Of a DNA stretch of 22,313 bases, positions 8,210 to 17,840 are shown piece after piece. The notes under the pieces were generated by a model, which had not been told where the DNA came from, did no database searches, and saw only the letters and a list, made by a program, of their open reading frames with translations. How positions within the stretch are numbered: the first letter of the stretch is position 1; each line of letters starts with the position of its first letter. Origin of the DNA: Candidatus Eiseniibacteriota bacterium (lineage in GTDB: Bacteria > Eisenbacteria > RBG-16-71-46). The stretch spans positions 1 through 22,313 of the forward strand of contig JANMQY010000006.1 in assembly GCA_031370785.1 (NCBI GenBank). Reading direction: 5' to 3'. A program made the position numbers and the translations under genes.

Positions 8210-8399
8210 CCGCAATCCAGTCGCGACACCTAACCGCGTGTGGCATGCGACCTTGCGTCGCAATCCCACCCCGGGACTCAAGCCCTTCTCAAGTCGGTTT
8301 CGGGATGCTCGCCGCGTTGGCGTCGGTCTCGGGGGACCGACGGCAAGTCCACCCGGAATTCCCCCGAGAACCCAGGCTTCTCAGAGGAGGGTGTTCATC

Positions 8400-11051
8400 G
8401 TGCGCCGCTCATTCATCGCCTTGATTCTGTTCACCGCAATGCTCGCACCGCGAGCGTCGCGGAGTGCAACCCCATCCACCGTCACCATCAACGACAGCGG
8501 CACGCCGGTGACTTTTCAGACCGCCTTGCTCGCCGGCATCAATCCCACCACAGATCGCTCGACCTGCGTGTTCGGGGTGAGCTGCGACACGCTGCACCTG
8601 GTGATCGCGCCTGGGAATTACACCGGCAAGCGCGTGAGCATCGCGATCGACTGGCTGGTTCCGGCGAACGACTTCGACATGTACTGCTTCAAGGACTACG
8701 TCGACGGCAGCGAGGTCGGCATCTCGAACGGCCCACCGCCCGGCACGCACGAAGAAGTGCCGATCATCCTCGACAGCGTGATCGGCACCTCGCGCACCAT
8801 CGCGATCGAGGTGGTGTCTTCGACCACCACGCCGGAACAGGTGCAGGGCACGGTGACGCTGGCCGCGCTGCCCGCACCCCGCACCGCGATCCCCCAGGTC
8901 CCGACTGCCTACTTCAGCCCGAACGTCACCTTGCTCGCGCCCGGTGCGGGGCGCGACTGCGAGCCCAGCGTTCGCGTCGACGTGCGCGGCAACTGCTACG
9001 CAGGCGGAATCCGAGGCGTTCCCGGTGGCGTGGACGTCTGGCGCTTCGACCTGAACCCGACCAGCCCGACCTACGATCCGCAGATGCGCAGCCCGTTCTA
9101 TCTCGGGCAGCCCGACGCATTCGCGCCGAACGACACGGTCGGCGGCAAGGATGGCGGGGGCGACATCGACATTGCGACTTCGTTCCCGACCGGCTCCTCC
9201 ACGGTTCCCATCGTCACCGTGGTGAGCCTCGCTCTCGCCAACATTTCCTCCGCGACCTCGATCGACCGCGGCAACACCTTCGCCCATCATCAGATTGGCA
9301 ACGTGGTTCCTGTCGACGACCGCCAGTGGATCGAGGCGCAGGGTGCGGACACCGTGTACGACTTCTACCGTGCGCCGATCCCGGGGACCGGGCTCTTCGT
9401 CGACCGGTCGACCGACCACGGTGCGACCTGGACCGCGACTTCACTGGTGAGTCCGACCGGCTCGACTCCCGGCTACATCGACGTCGATCACGCGAACGGC
9501 TACATCTACGTCTCGCACAACTCCTCGAGCGCGATGTTCGTGTCGCGCTCCACCAACGGCGGCACCACCTGGAGGACGGTGACGGTCGACAACAACACCG
9601 GCCATCACAACCTGTTCGATGTGGTGAAGGTCGGTGATGACGGCACGGTCTACGCGACGTGGAGCGACCGGCGCGCAATCTATCTGGCCCATTCCACCGA
9701 TCACGGGCAGACCTGGAGCCGTTCGGTTCAGGTGAGTGGACCCGAGTCGCGGTCGGCTCTGTTCCCATGGCTCGAGGCGGGCAGTGCCGGCCGCGTCGCG
9801 GTGGTGTGGTTCGGCAGCGAGACGCCCAACAACACGAACGCGTGCGACTGGCATGTCTACATGGCGCTCACCACCGACGCGACCGCACAGAATCCGCACG
9901 TAGAAATCGCACGCGTCAGCGATCACGTCGTGCATGCCAGCAACGTCTCGCTCGGCGGCCTCGGCGTGGACACCCCGGCGACGCCGCAGCCCAATCGCAA
10001 CCTCTGCGACTACTTCCAGGTCGCGATCGACCCGCTGGGCGCGTGCGTCGTCGCGTTCACCGACGACCACAACGACTTCGACGGCCACACTTATGTCGCG
10101 CGCCAGCTCGGCGGCCCGAGCCTCTACGCGTCGGCCAACGGCGGCACCGGCGTGCTCGCTTCGGTATCGCCGCTGCCATTGCCCGTACCCGATCCGTCGC
10201 AGCCGCAGGTCACCGACTTTCTGCACGACGCGACCGGCAGCAACCTCCAGCCGATCCCGAACGACAATCCGTTCGACGTCCTGTCGGTCCGTTACGGCTG
10301 CCACGACGCCGGGGGCGCGAACCAGCTGGAAGTGAGGATGAAGGTGAGCCAGCTCACGCCGGTCCCGGCCGACGCGTTCTGGCGCGCGAACTTCACCGCC
10401 AACGCGCCGGGAATGACGTCGGATCGCGGCGACCAGTTCTTCGTCCAGGCGCGGACCGATACGCAGCCCACCGGGGCGTTCGTGTTCGGCACCGCGACCC
10501 GCGACTCCAACGGCGCGTTCACCTACACCGTGCGCGGCAACGCGGACTACGGCGCGTTCGACGCCGCGAACAACGAAGTGGTGATGCGCCTCTCGCTCGC
10601 CAGGCTCGATCCCTACACCACGCATGGGCCGCCGGTGCGTCCCGGCGTGTTCCTGGTCGGGCTGCGCGGTCAGACCGGGACGATCGGTGCGAGCGGCGCG
10701 CGGGATGCGACCCGCGGCGGCGGCGAGACCCGCGTCTGCCTCGCGGCGCTCGCGGTCGAGCCGAACAAGGACATGGAATTCGCGATGACATCACCCGTCC
10801 CGAACCCCGGGCGCGGCGGCGCGGCAGTGAACCTCTCACTGCCGCGCGCCGCGTGGGTGGAACTCGCGGTCTTCGATCCACAGGGCAGACGAGTCAGGAC
10901 AGTGCACGCCGGCGCGCTCCCCGCAGGCACCACGCGCTTCATGTGGGATGGGCGTACCGATCGTGGCCATGCGGCTGCAAGCGGGGCCTATTACCTGCGA
11001 ATGATGGCAGGCGGGCAGACTCGCAGCCAGCACTTGGTGCTGGTGCGGTAG
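8400..11051 (+). CDS. Secreted sialidase-like (BNR/Asp-box) beta-propeller protein with C-terminal FlgD-Ig/T9SS-like sorting domain, 883 aa
   Basis: SD GAGGAGG at 8384-8390 then GTG 8400. Signal peptide RRSFIALILFTAMLA. Asp-boxes SIDRGNTF, STDHGATW, STNGGTTW and STDHGQTW. C-terminus PNP...VFDPQGRRVRTV...WDGRTDRGHAAASGAYYLRM...LVLVR. Confidence 0.85.
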   Translation: MRRSFIALILFTAMLAPRASRSATPSTVTINDSGTPVTFQTALLAGINPTTDRSTCVFGVSCDTLHLVIAPGNYTGKRVSIAIDWLVPANDFDMYCFKDYVDGSEVGISNGPPPGTHEEVPIILDSVIGTSRTIAIEVVSSTTTPEQVQGTVTLAALPAPRTAIPQVPTAYFSPNVTLLAPGAGRDCEPSVRVDVRGNCYAGGIRGVPGGVDVWRFDLNPTSPTYDPQMRSPFYLGQPDAFAPNDTVGGKDGGGDIDIATSFPTGSSTVPIVTVVSLALANISSATSIDRGNTFAHHQIGNVVPVDDRQWIEAQGADTVYDFYRAPIPGTGLFVDRSTDHGATWTATSLVSPTGSTPGYIDVDHANGYIYVSHNSSSAMFVSRSTNGGTTWRTVTVDNNTGHHNLFDVVKVGDDGTVYATWSDRRAIYLAHSTDHGQTWSRSVQVSGPESRSALFPWLEAGSAGRVAVVWFGSETPNNTNACDWHVYMALTTDATAQNPHVEIARVSDHVVHASNVSLGGLGVDTPATPQPNRNLCDYFQVAIDPLGACVVAFTDDHNDFDGHTYVARQLGGPSLYASANGGTGVLASVSPLPLPVPDPSQPQVTDFLHDATGSNLQPIPNDNPFDVLSVRYGCHDAGGANQLEVRMKVSQLTPVPADAFWRANFTANAPGMTSDRGDQFFVQARTDTQPTGAFVFGTATRDSNGAFTYTVRGNADYGAFDAANNEVVMRLSLARLDPYTTHGPPVRPGVFLVGLRGQTGTIGASGARDATRGGGETRVCLAALAVEPNKDMEFAMTSPVPNPGRGGAAVNLSLPRAAWVELAVFDPQGRRVRTVHAGALPAGTTRFMWDGRTDRGHAAASGAYYLRMMAGGQTRSQHLVLVR

Positions 11052-11209
11052 GGGGTGATGTCTCCCGCAGCGTCACGGCGTCGCGCGGCGGAGACACATT
11101 CGTCGCGCGGCCCGTGGCCTGAGATGTGGGAGGGGGCGAGCCGCCACGGAGTTGATAGCCGTTGCATGTCCCGCAGGTGGAGATGAGCTGATCTGAAGCG
11201 GGAGGGGGC

Positions 11210-11248
11210 GAGAGGGGGCGGACGTCGAAAGACCTTTGCCCCGTTCTC
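11210..11248 (+). terminator. Long GAAA-tetraloop hairpin between convergent genes; probable terminator or 3' stabiliser
   Basis: GAGAGGGGGCGGACGTC-GAAA-GACCTTTGCCCCGTTCTC forms about 16 bp including G-U pairs on the plus strand. No clear U tail. Confidence 0.45.
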
Positions 11249-11259
11249 GTTGCGATTCG

Positions 11260-13110
11260 CTAGATCGTCGGCGCTCGCACTGCGACGCTCTCCGAGATCG
11301 GAATCACCTTCGCGGGCTCGGGCGTAAAGTCCTCACCCGGATTGATGAAGCGGTTGAGCTCGATCTGGTACTGGCGGTCGTAGAGCTGCTTGTATCTGCC
11401 CTTCAACGCGAGCAGTTCATCGTGCGTGCCGCGCTCCACGATTTCGCCGTTCTCGAGCACCAGGATCTGATCGGCGCTGCGGATGGTCGAGAGCCGGTGC
11501 GCGATCACGAATGTGGTGCGGCCGTGGCGCAGGCGGTTGAGTCCGTCCTGGATCAGCGCCTCGCTCTCGGAATCCAGGCTCGAGGTCGCCTCGTCGAGGA
11601 TCAGGATGCGCGGGTCGGCGAGGATCGCGCGCGCGATCGCGACGCGCTGGCGCTGTCCACCCGAAAGACGGACGCCGCGCTCGCCGACCACGGTGTCGTA
11701 TTTGTTCTCGAAACCATCGATGAACTCGTCGCAGTGAGCGATCCGGCTGACGCGCTGGATTTCCTCGAGCGTCGCCTCGGGCCGCGAGAACGCGATGTTC
11801 TCTCGAATCGTTCCGTCGAACAGGAAGTTGTCCTGCAGCACCACACCCAGATTCGCTCGATACTCGGCGAGCCGCAGGTCGTTGAGATCGCGCCCGTCCA
11901 CGGTGATCCGCCCCGACTTTGGGCGGTTGAACGCCATGACCAGGCTGATGAGCGTGCTCTTGCCCGAGCCGCTCGAGCCGACCAGCGCGGTCGTCGTGCC
12001 GGCGGGCGTGCGCAGCGACACGTGCTTGAGCACCGGCGTTCCCGCCCGATATTCGAAGGTTACGTCGTCGAACACGATGTCGCCGCGGATCTGCGCGAGC
12101 GTCGGGTGCTCGGCGTCGCCCTTGTCCTCGGTGTCCATCGCCATCACTTCGCGGATGCGATCGAGCCCGGCGAATGCCTCGCTGATCTGCGTGCCGATCG
12201 AAGCGATCTCGATCAGCGGCGCCGCCATCATGCCGGTGAAGGAGAGGTACATGACCAGCTCTCCGACCGTCATCTCGCGATTCAGCACCGCGCGGCCGCC
12301 GAGCAGGATCATGACCACGCCGACCAGCCCGACGATCACCGACGACAGCGCGGTCGTGCCCGAGACGCCGGTCATGGTCTTGGCGATGTTGCGCAACAGC
12401 GCATGCGCGCCGTGCGCGAACACGCGCTGCTCGCGGCGCTCGGCGACGTACGACTTGACGATGCGGATGCCCTGCAGCGACTGGGACAGGCGCCCGGTGA
12501 GATCCGCATTGAGCTTGCCGCGCTCACGGAAGATCGGGCGCAGGCGGGAGAAGGCGATCGACATGACCGCGCTGAACGCGACCAGGATGACCAGCGTGAA
12601 CAGCGTCAGCTTCCAGTTGAGCCGGATCAGCACCACCAGCACGATCGCCGAAGTCACGATCCCGCCGGTGAGCTGCACGAGGCCGGTGCCGACCAGGTTC
12701 CGGATGCCCTCGGCGTCGCTCATGATGCGCGAGATCAGGATGCCGGTCTGGGTCTGGTCGAAGTAACGCACCGGCAGCCGCGTGATGCGCTCGTAGACGC
12801 GCTTGCGCATGTCGGTGATCGCGCGCTGCGCCGCGATACCCACCACCTGCGAGAGCGCGAACGAGGTCAGGCCCTGGATCAGGGTGGCGCCCGCGACCGC
12901 GAGCGCGAGCGGCACCAGCATCTGGGTCTGGTGTTTGCCGATGACATCATCGATCAGGAACTTGGGCGTGTAGGGCAGCACCAGCCCCGAGATCCGGCTG
13001 ATCAGCATCAGCACGAGGCCCAGTGCCAGGTGGCGGCGGTGCGCCCACATCAACTGTCGCGCTTCGCGCCACGCTTCGGAGGCCGAGATGCGCTTGTTTT
13101 CGTCGGTCAT
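11260..13110 (-). CDS. ABC exporter, fused permease/ATP-binding (MsbA/Sav1866-like), 616 aa
   Basis: N-terminal TM domain, Walker A GSSGSGKST, signature LSGGQRQR, Walker B ILILDEATSSLD and H-loop IAHRLST. SD-like AGGGA precedes ATG 13110. Confidence 0.95.
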   Translation of the reverse strand: MTDENKRISASEAWREARQLMWAHRRHLALGLVLMLISRISGLVLPYTPKFLIDDVIGKHQTQMLVPLALAVAGATLIQGLTSFALSQVVGIAAQRAITDMRKRVYERITRLPVRYFDQTQTGILISRIMSDAEGIRNLVGTGLVQLTGGIVTSAIVLVVLIRLNWKLTLFTLVILVAFSAVMSIAFSRLRPIFRERGKLNADLTGRLSQSLQGIRIVKSYVAERREQRVFAHGAHALLRNIAKTMTGVSGTTALSSVIVGLVGVVMILLGGRAVLNREMTVGELVMYLSFTGMMAAPLIEIASIGTQISEAFAGLDRIREVMAMDTEDKGDAEHPTLAQIRGDIVFDDVTFEYRAGTPVLKHVSLRTPAGTTTALVGSSGSGKSTLISLVMAFNRPKSGRITVDGRDLNDLRLAEYRANLGVVLQDNFLFDGTIRENIAFSRPEATLEEIQRVSRIAHCDEFIDGFENKYDTVVGERGVRLSGGQRQRVAIARAILADPRILILDEATSSLDSESEALIQDGLNRLRHGRTTFVIAHRLSTIRSADQILVLENGEIVERGTHDELLALKGRYKQLYDRQYQIELNRFINPGEDFTPEPAKVIPISESVAVRAPTI

Positions 13111-13200
13111 GAGTGTCCCTATGGATGTCGTTGCCGTGAAATCGGTGGAGGCGGAATTGGCGCGGGCGCCGATTGTCTGCAACGCGCCGGCGGATCAGGC

Positions 13201-14220
13201 CTACCTGCGGGTCATTCGCGAGCGCGGCTTCTGGCGCTGTACCTCTTCGATCTTCTTCGGGTCGTTCGGGAACAGGCCCACCTGTGCAAGGCGCGGGATC
13301 AGATCCACCCACTGGCGCTCGGCCGCGAATACTTCCCGGAACAGCTTGAGCCCTTCGGCCTCGCGCCCATTGGTATACATCGAGACCGCTGCCCAGAAGT
13401 TGAGCTCGACGACTTCGGGGGCCAGCTTGGACGCCGCCTCGTACGCCTTGAGCGCCTCCTCCGGCTTCTTCTCGGAGATGAAGTTGTCGCCGGCGTCCTC
13501 GAGGTTGTAGGCGCGGCGCAGCTTGATCAGCCGGCGCAATTCCCTGAGCGGTTGCGGAGAGTCTTCGACGCGCAGGTCCATCACCCGGTCCGCCCACGGC
13601 TTGCCGGTGGACTGCGCCTTCACGATCAGGATCGCGGCCGACTGCATGCCGCGGATGTCGCCGCCCGCCTTCTGTCCGGCTTCGAGCGCCTGCATCATGC
13701 GCTCGGCGAGATCTCCGGTCGCCTTCTCGAACGCCGCGCTCATCTCCGGCCACACACGGTCGTTCGCCATGAGGTTTGCCTGGCAGGAGTACTGAACGCC
13801 GCCCTTGTCGCCGGCGAACGGAATGCAAGTCTTCCCGGTGTAGGCCGCGACGTTTCCCTTCGCGTCCACCATCGCCACCTGGCGACCCTCGTTGTGGGCG
13901 TCGGCCCTGACCAGCGAATCGAGCGCCCCACGCGCGGTCATGCCCTGCTTCATGAGCGCGAGCCCGTTCGGGCCGTAGTCGACCAGCACCAGCGACTGGG
14001 TCGCGACCGCGCCGATTCCGGCCTCGGCCCACGGCACGATCGGGCCGACCGAGAAGTAGTGCGACTGGACCGCCACGCCCATCTCGCCGGTCACCGGATC
14101 GCGCGCGACGATCGAGTAGGTATGGGCGAGTGGCGAGGGTGGCGCGGCGGGAGGCGTGACGGCGGCGGCGGGCGCGGCGAGCGCGAGAATCAGAGCGCAG
14201 AACAAAAGAGAGGCGCGCAT
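13201..14220 (-). CDS. DUF1028 (Ntn-hydrolase-like) protein with signal peptide and C-terminal TPR-like helices
   Basis: Signal peptide, then HTYSIVARDPVTGEMGVAVQS, AGIGAVATQS, GGDIRGMQSAA and DLRVED. SD AGGAG precedes the ATG. Confidence 0.88.
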   Translation of the reverse strand: MRASLLFCALILALAAPAAAVTPPAAPPSPLAHTYSIVARDPVTGEMGVAVQSHYFSVGPIVPWAEAGIGAVATQSLVLVDYGPNGLALMKQGMTARGALDSLVRADAHNEGRQVAMVDAKGNVAAYTGKTCIPFAGDKGGVQYSCQANLMANDRVWPEMSAAFEKATGDLAERMMQALEAGQKAGGDIRGMQSAAILIVKAQSTGKPWADRVMDLRVEDSPQPLRELRRLIKLRRAYNLEDAGDNFISEKKPEEALKAYEAASKLAPEVVELNFWAAVSMYTNGREAEGLKLFREVFAAERQWVDLIPRLAQVGLFPNDPKKIEEVQRQKPRSRMTRR

Positions 14221-14398
14221 GTTCGGCTCCTGAGGTTGGAGGGCGTCACCAAGGGAACGACGGGCCGGGACTATACAGGAGAGACGCGCTGCGGCACCCT
14301 TCCCCGCCTTGCCGCAATTCGCGTAGACTGCCCGCGACCCTTACCCCCGCGTGGCCGCGCGCGATTCTGGTGCGGCGCGCACGCAAATCGGAGCATGC

Positions 14399-16597
14399 AT
14401 GAGGCTGTCCCCCTTCCTCACGCTCGCCCTCGCGCTTGCGCTGGCCGCCGCCCCGGCCCGCGCGTTCGATCGCCCCGGCGTGCCGGCCACGCGCACCTCC
14501 GATCCGCTGCACATCGATGGCTTGCTCAACGAGGCGGCGTGGAGCACGGCGCCGCCGATCGGCGAGTTCCTGCTGATGGCTCCGCGCGAGTCGCAGGCTC
14601 CGGACGAATCCACCGTGGTGCGCGTGCTCTACGACGACCATCGCATCGTGTTCGGAATCTGGTGCCAGACCCGGCGCCCGTTGCGCGCGAGCCTGACGCC
14701 GCGCGACCAGATTACCGACGGGGATCACATCGCGGTGCACCTGGATACCGAAGGCGACGGCCAGCGCGCGTACATCTTCGCGGTGAACCCATGGGGCGTG
14801 GAGCTCGACGGCATTCTCACTCAGGACCCGGACTTCAAGTGGGACGCGGTGTGGGACGCCGCGTCCCGCCGTGGCGCCGACGCGTGGACCGCGGAGATCT
14901 CGGTCCCCTTCCGGGCGATGCGCTTTCCGGCGCGCGCGGTGCGACCGTGGCGTCTGTGGATCCGCCGCGAGGTCACGGCGTGGAACGAGGTCTCGGTGTG
15001 GCCGCTCTACCGCTTCAGCGAAGCCGGCCGCGTCATGCTGCAGGCCGCCGACCTGACCGGACTCGAGAGCATGCACTCCGGGCGCAGCCTCTGGGCTGAG
15101 CCCTACGTGTTCGGCTCGCTGGCGGGCACGCGCGAGCGCGCGGCCCCAGCCGGATTCACGCCGTGGACCGACGAGCGCACTCGCAAGGCGGGCGTGGATG
15201 CGCAGACCGCGCTCACCAGCGCGCTCACGCTCAACGCCACCTTGAACCCGGACTTCAGCCAGATCGAAGCCGACGCGCTTCAGATCGATCTTAACCAGCG
15301 ATTCCCGCTTCAGTATCCGGAGAAACGCCCGTTCTTCCTCGAGGGCGCCGAGAACTTCAGCACTCCGCTTGAAATGATCTACCCGCGGCGCATGGCCGAT
15401 CCGGACGCCGGCATCAAGCTCACCGGACGCATCGGAGCCGCGAACACCGGAGTGCTGGCGGTTCGCGATCGCGGCGGAGCCTCGCTGGCCGGCTCGGGCG
15501 CTGGATTCGATGGGCTCTCGAGACGCGGAAACTTCGGGATCGCGCGCGTCCAGTTTCCGTTCGCAAGCGGATCCAACGTTGGTGTGCTGGTCGCGGGGCA
15601 CGAGCAGCTCGCGAGCGCAGTGCCGCTCTTCCTTGCCGACAGCAGCTCGAGCAACGGCATCCTGGCGCTGGACTCGCAGCTCAGGCTGTCGGGACGGTGG
15701 ACCTTCGAGGTCCAGGCTGCGCGCAGCAGCACGCGCGAGGAGTGGACCTTCGTGCCCGGCAGGGCCGACAGCGCGTATTCGGGCTGGATCGGCGTCGCGC
15801 GCCTCAACTTTCGCGACCGCGCGCGCGACCTCCGGTTCGGCTGGCGCTACGTCGGCCCCGACTATCGCAACGAGCTGGGGTTCGAGGAACGCGTCGGCGT
15901 GACCTACCGGCGCGTCAACTTCGGATGGGACCTGTTCCCCGAGAAAGGCGTGGCGCAGCGCGTGACGCCGCGGCTCGATGCGCGGGTGCTGCACGATCGC
16001 ACCGGGCGCCCCGAATATGCGGACATCAATCCCAACGTCGAGTTCCTGTTCCGCAAGAGCAGGTTCCTGATCGCGGGCTTCCACACCTACGAGGAGCATT
16101 GGCTGAGCCGCAACTACACTCAGCAACGCGCGCACGTCTACTTCGAGGACACCGAGTGGCGGCCGCTGACGTGGAGCATCGAAGCGCAGGTCGGCGACGG
16201 CATCTTCTACGGTGCGACCGACGCCGAGTCGTTCCTGGCGTGGACCGAGACCTACGAAGCCACCGCCACGCTGCGCCCATCCCCGCGCGTCGCCGCCGCG
16301 ACCAACGTCCAGCACCTGCGCGTCGCACGCCGTCCGGATTCGGGCGAGGTGATCGACCTGTGGCTGCTCGGGATCAACACCAACGTGCAGTTCACCAAGC
16401 GCCTGTATGCGCGGCTCTATCCGCAGTACGACAGCGACGCGAAGCACCTCGATCTGAACGCTCTGATGGGCTACCTGCTACACCCGGGCACGGTGGTGTA
16501 TGCGGGGGTCAGCGGCGGATTCGACCGCATCGAGGCGCGCCAGCGGCCGACCCGGCGACAGTTCTTCGCAAAGGCGTCGTACCGATTCAGCCTGTAG
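14399..16597 (+). CDS. CBM9-like domain plus DUF5916 protein (predicted outer-membrane beta-barrel), 732 aa
   Basis: Signal peptide, HIDGLLNEAAW, WTAEISVPF, NATLNPDFSQIEAD, YPEKRPFFLEG and C-terminal KASYRFSL. SD GGAG precedes ATG 14399. Confidence 0.85.
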   Translation: MRLSPFLTLALALALAAAPARAFDRPGVPATRTSDPLHIDGLLNEAAWSTAPPIGEFLLMAPRESQAPDESTVVRVLYDDHRIVFGIWCQTRRPLRASLTPRDQITDGDHIAVHLDTEGDGQRAYIFAVNPWGVELDGILTQDPDFKWDAVWDAASRRGADAWTAEISVPFRAMRFPARAVRPWRLWIRREVTAWNEVSVWPLYRFSEAGRVMLQAADLTGLESMHSGRSLWAEPYVFGSLAGTRERAAPAGFTPWTDERTRKAGVDAQTALTSALTLNATLNPDFSQIEADALQIDLNQRFPLQYPEKRPFFLEGAENFSTPLEMIYPRRMADPDAGIKLTGRIGAANTGVLAVRDRGGASLAGSGAGFDGLSRRGNFGIARVQFPFASGSNVGVLVAGHEQLASAVPLFLADSSSSNGILALDSQLRLSGRWTFEVQAARSSTREEWTFVPGRADSAYSGWIGVARLNFRDRARDLRFGWRYVGPDYRNELGFEERVGVTYRRVNFGWDLFPEKGVAQRVTPRLDARVLHDRTGRPEYADINPNVEFLFRKSRFLIAGFHTYEEHWLSRNYTQQRAHVYFEDTEWRPLTWSIEAQVGDGIFYGATDAESFLAWTETYEATATLRPSPRVAAATNVQHLRVARRPDSGEVIDLWLLGINTNVQFTKRLYARLYPQYDSDAKHLDLNALMGYLLHPGTVVYAGVSGGFDRIEARQRPTRRQFFAKASYRFSL

Positions 16598-17840
16598 CCC
16601 AGCGCTCGCCGAGGGCCATCGTGCAGCGCGGATCGAGCGCGACGCGGATGCTGGCGCGCAGAGCGCCGACCGCGACCTGAGGCGCGAGCGGCGGCTCGAA
16701 CGGCTCGATGCCGCGCGCGCCGATCAGCGCAAAGCCATGCGCGTGGAGATCGCGCACCAACGTCTCGGCAGGAAGCGTCGCGCCCGAATCGGCTCCCGGT
16801 TCGGGGAAGAGATGCAGCCGTCCGAACGGCGCATGCAGCACCGCGCGCTCGAGCAGTCGTCCGCTCAGCAAAGGCGCGAGCGCCCCCGGAGTGTTGTGCG
16901 CGCCCGCGAACGACAGGCGCGGGCCCTGCAGCTCTTCGAGGTCGGCGAGCGCCTGCCATAGCGTCGTCGCCGATTGCCCGGGCAGCTTGAGGCGCGGCGT
17001 GCCGAGCGCCTCTCGCGTCAGCTTGCACATCTCATCGACATGCGGAGCTTCGCCCTCGAAGCCCACGATTGCGGTGAATGCGGTTCGGTGAGCGAGCACT
17101 GGATTCAGGTTGGCCGCGGCACGGCCCACGATGGTGAGCACCGCTGGCTCGAGTCGCGGGAAGCGCGACCAGAGAGCTACGTTCGCGATCTGCGCTGCCT
17201 CGAGCGCGAACACCATGGCGGTGCGCGTCTCGGGCGCGGGCAGGAGCTTGAGGCTGGCTTCGAGGATCACGCCGATCCCGCCGCGCGACCCGCACAGCAG
17301 GCGATGGATGCCGTACCCCGCGACGTTCTTCACCACTTTGCCGCCGCTCCTCGCGATCGTGCCGTCGCCGATCGCGAAGCGCGCGCCGAGAATGCGATCG
17401 CGCGGCGCGCCGATCGCGAGCCGGCGCGCGCCCGATGCGTTCGCGGCCAGCACGCCGCCGAGCGTGGCGCCCCACGCCTCGCCGGCTTCGAGCGGCAGAT
17501 CGAGCCCGCGCGCGCTCACCGCGTCGCGCAGCGCCTCGAGCGTGACGCCGCACTCGGCGGTGAGCGTCAGATCCTCGGGCTCGAATTCGACGATGCGATC
17601 GAGCGCCCTGAGGTCCAGCGCAAGGTCGTAGCGCTTGGGCGCGCGCTCGCGCGAGAGCGCCACCCCGCCGCCCCACGGCACCACGCCGAGCCCGTCGTCC
17701 GATGCGGCGCGCAGCGCTTCGCTCACCTCTTCGCGCGTGATCGGCTTGAGCGCCACGCGTGGCGCGCGCCCGGACATGGCATAGCGCGCCGGATCGACGA
17801 GGCGCGCGGCATCGAGCCCGAGCGTCGAGGTCAGATCCAC
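16587..17840 (-). CDS. glcE: FAD-binding oxidoreductase, glycolate oxidase GlcE-like subunit
   Basis: FEPEDLTLTAECG, ATLGGVLAAN, PRDRILG and SGGKVVKNVAGY. Follows glcD with a 10-bp overlap. The GTG 17840 start is inferred. Confidence 0.8.
   Translation of the reverse strand: MDLTSTLGLDAARLVDPARYAMSGRAPRVALKPITREEVSEALRAASDDGLGVVPWGGGVALSRERAPKRYDLALDLRALDRIVEFEPEDLTLTAECGVTLEALRDAVSARGLDLPLEAGEAWGATLGGVLAANASGARRLAIGAPRDRILGARFAIGDGTIARSGGKVVKNVAGYGIHRLLCGSRGGIGVILEASLKLLPAPETRTAMVFALEAAQIANVALWSRFPRLEPAVLTIVGRAAANLNPVLAHRTAFTAIVGFEGEAPHVDEMCKLTREALGTPRLKLPGQSATTLWQALADLEELQGPRLSFAGAHNTPGALAPLLSGRLLERAVLHAPFGRLHLFPEPGADSGATLPAETLVRDLHAHGFALIGARGIEPFEPPLAPQVAVGALRASIRVALDPRCTMALGERWATG

Noticed and set aside
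8241..8256. Sigma54-like TGGCATGCGACCTTGC
   Set aside because: The GG-to-GC spacing is 11 nt rather than the strictly required 10.
11105..11200. TPP- or glycine-riboswitch-like fragments (CTGAGA; TCTCAGG on the minus strand)
   Set aside because: The other conserved elements are missing, and the region lies between 3' ends rather than in a leader.
11236..15099. 1287-aa plus-strand ORF, plus other long shadow ORFs (14246-16447, 19930-22035, 4469-6112, 17759-19369, 1503-2831)
   Set aside because: They lie antisense to or out of frame with clearly recognisable genes, are Arg/Ala/His-rich and carry no motifs. Such ORFs are expected in high-GC DNA.
16587..16597. 11-bp convergent overlap of the DUF5916 and glcE 3' ends
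   Set aside because: Short tail-to-tail overlaps are common in compact GC-rich genomes.
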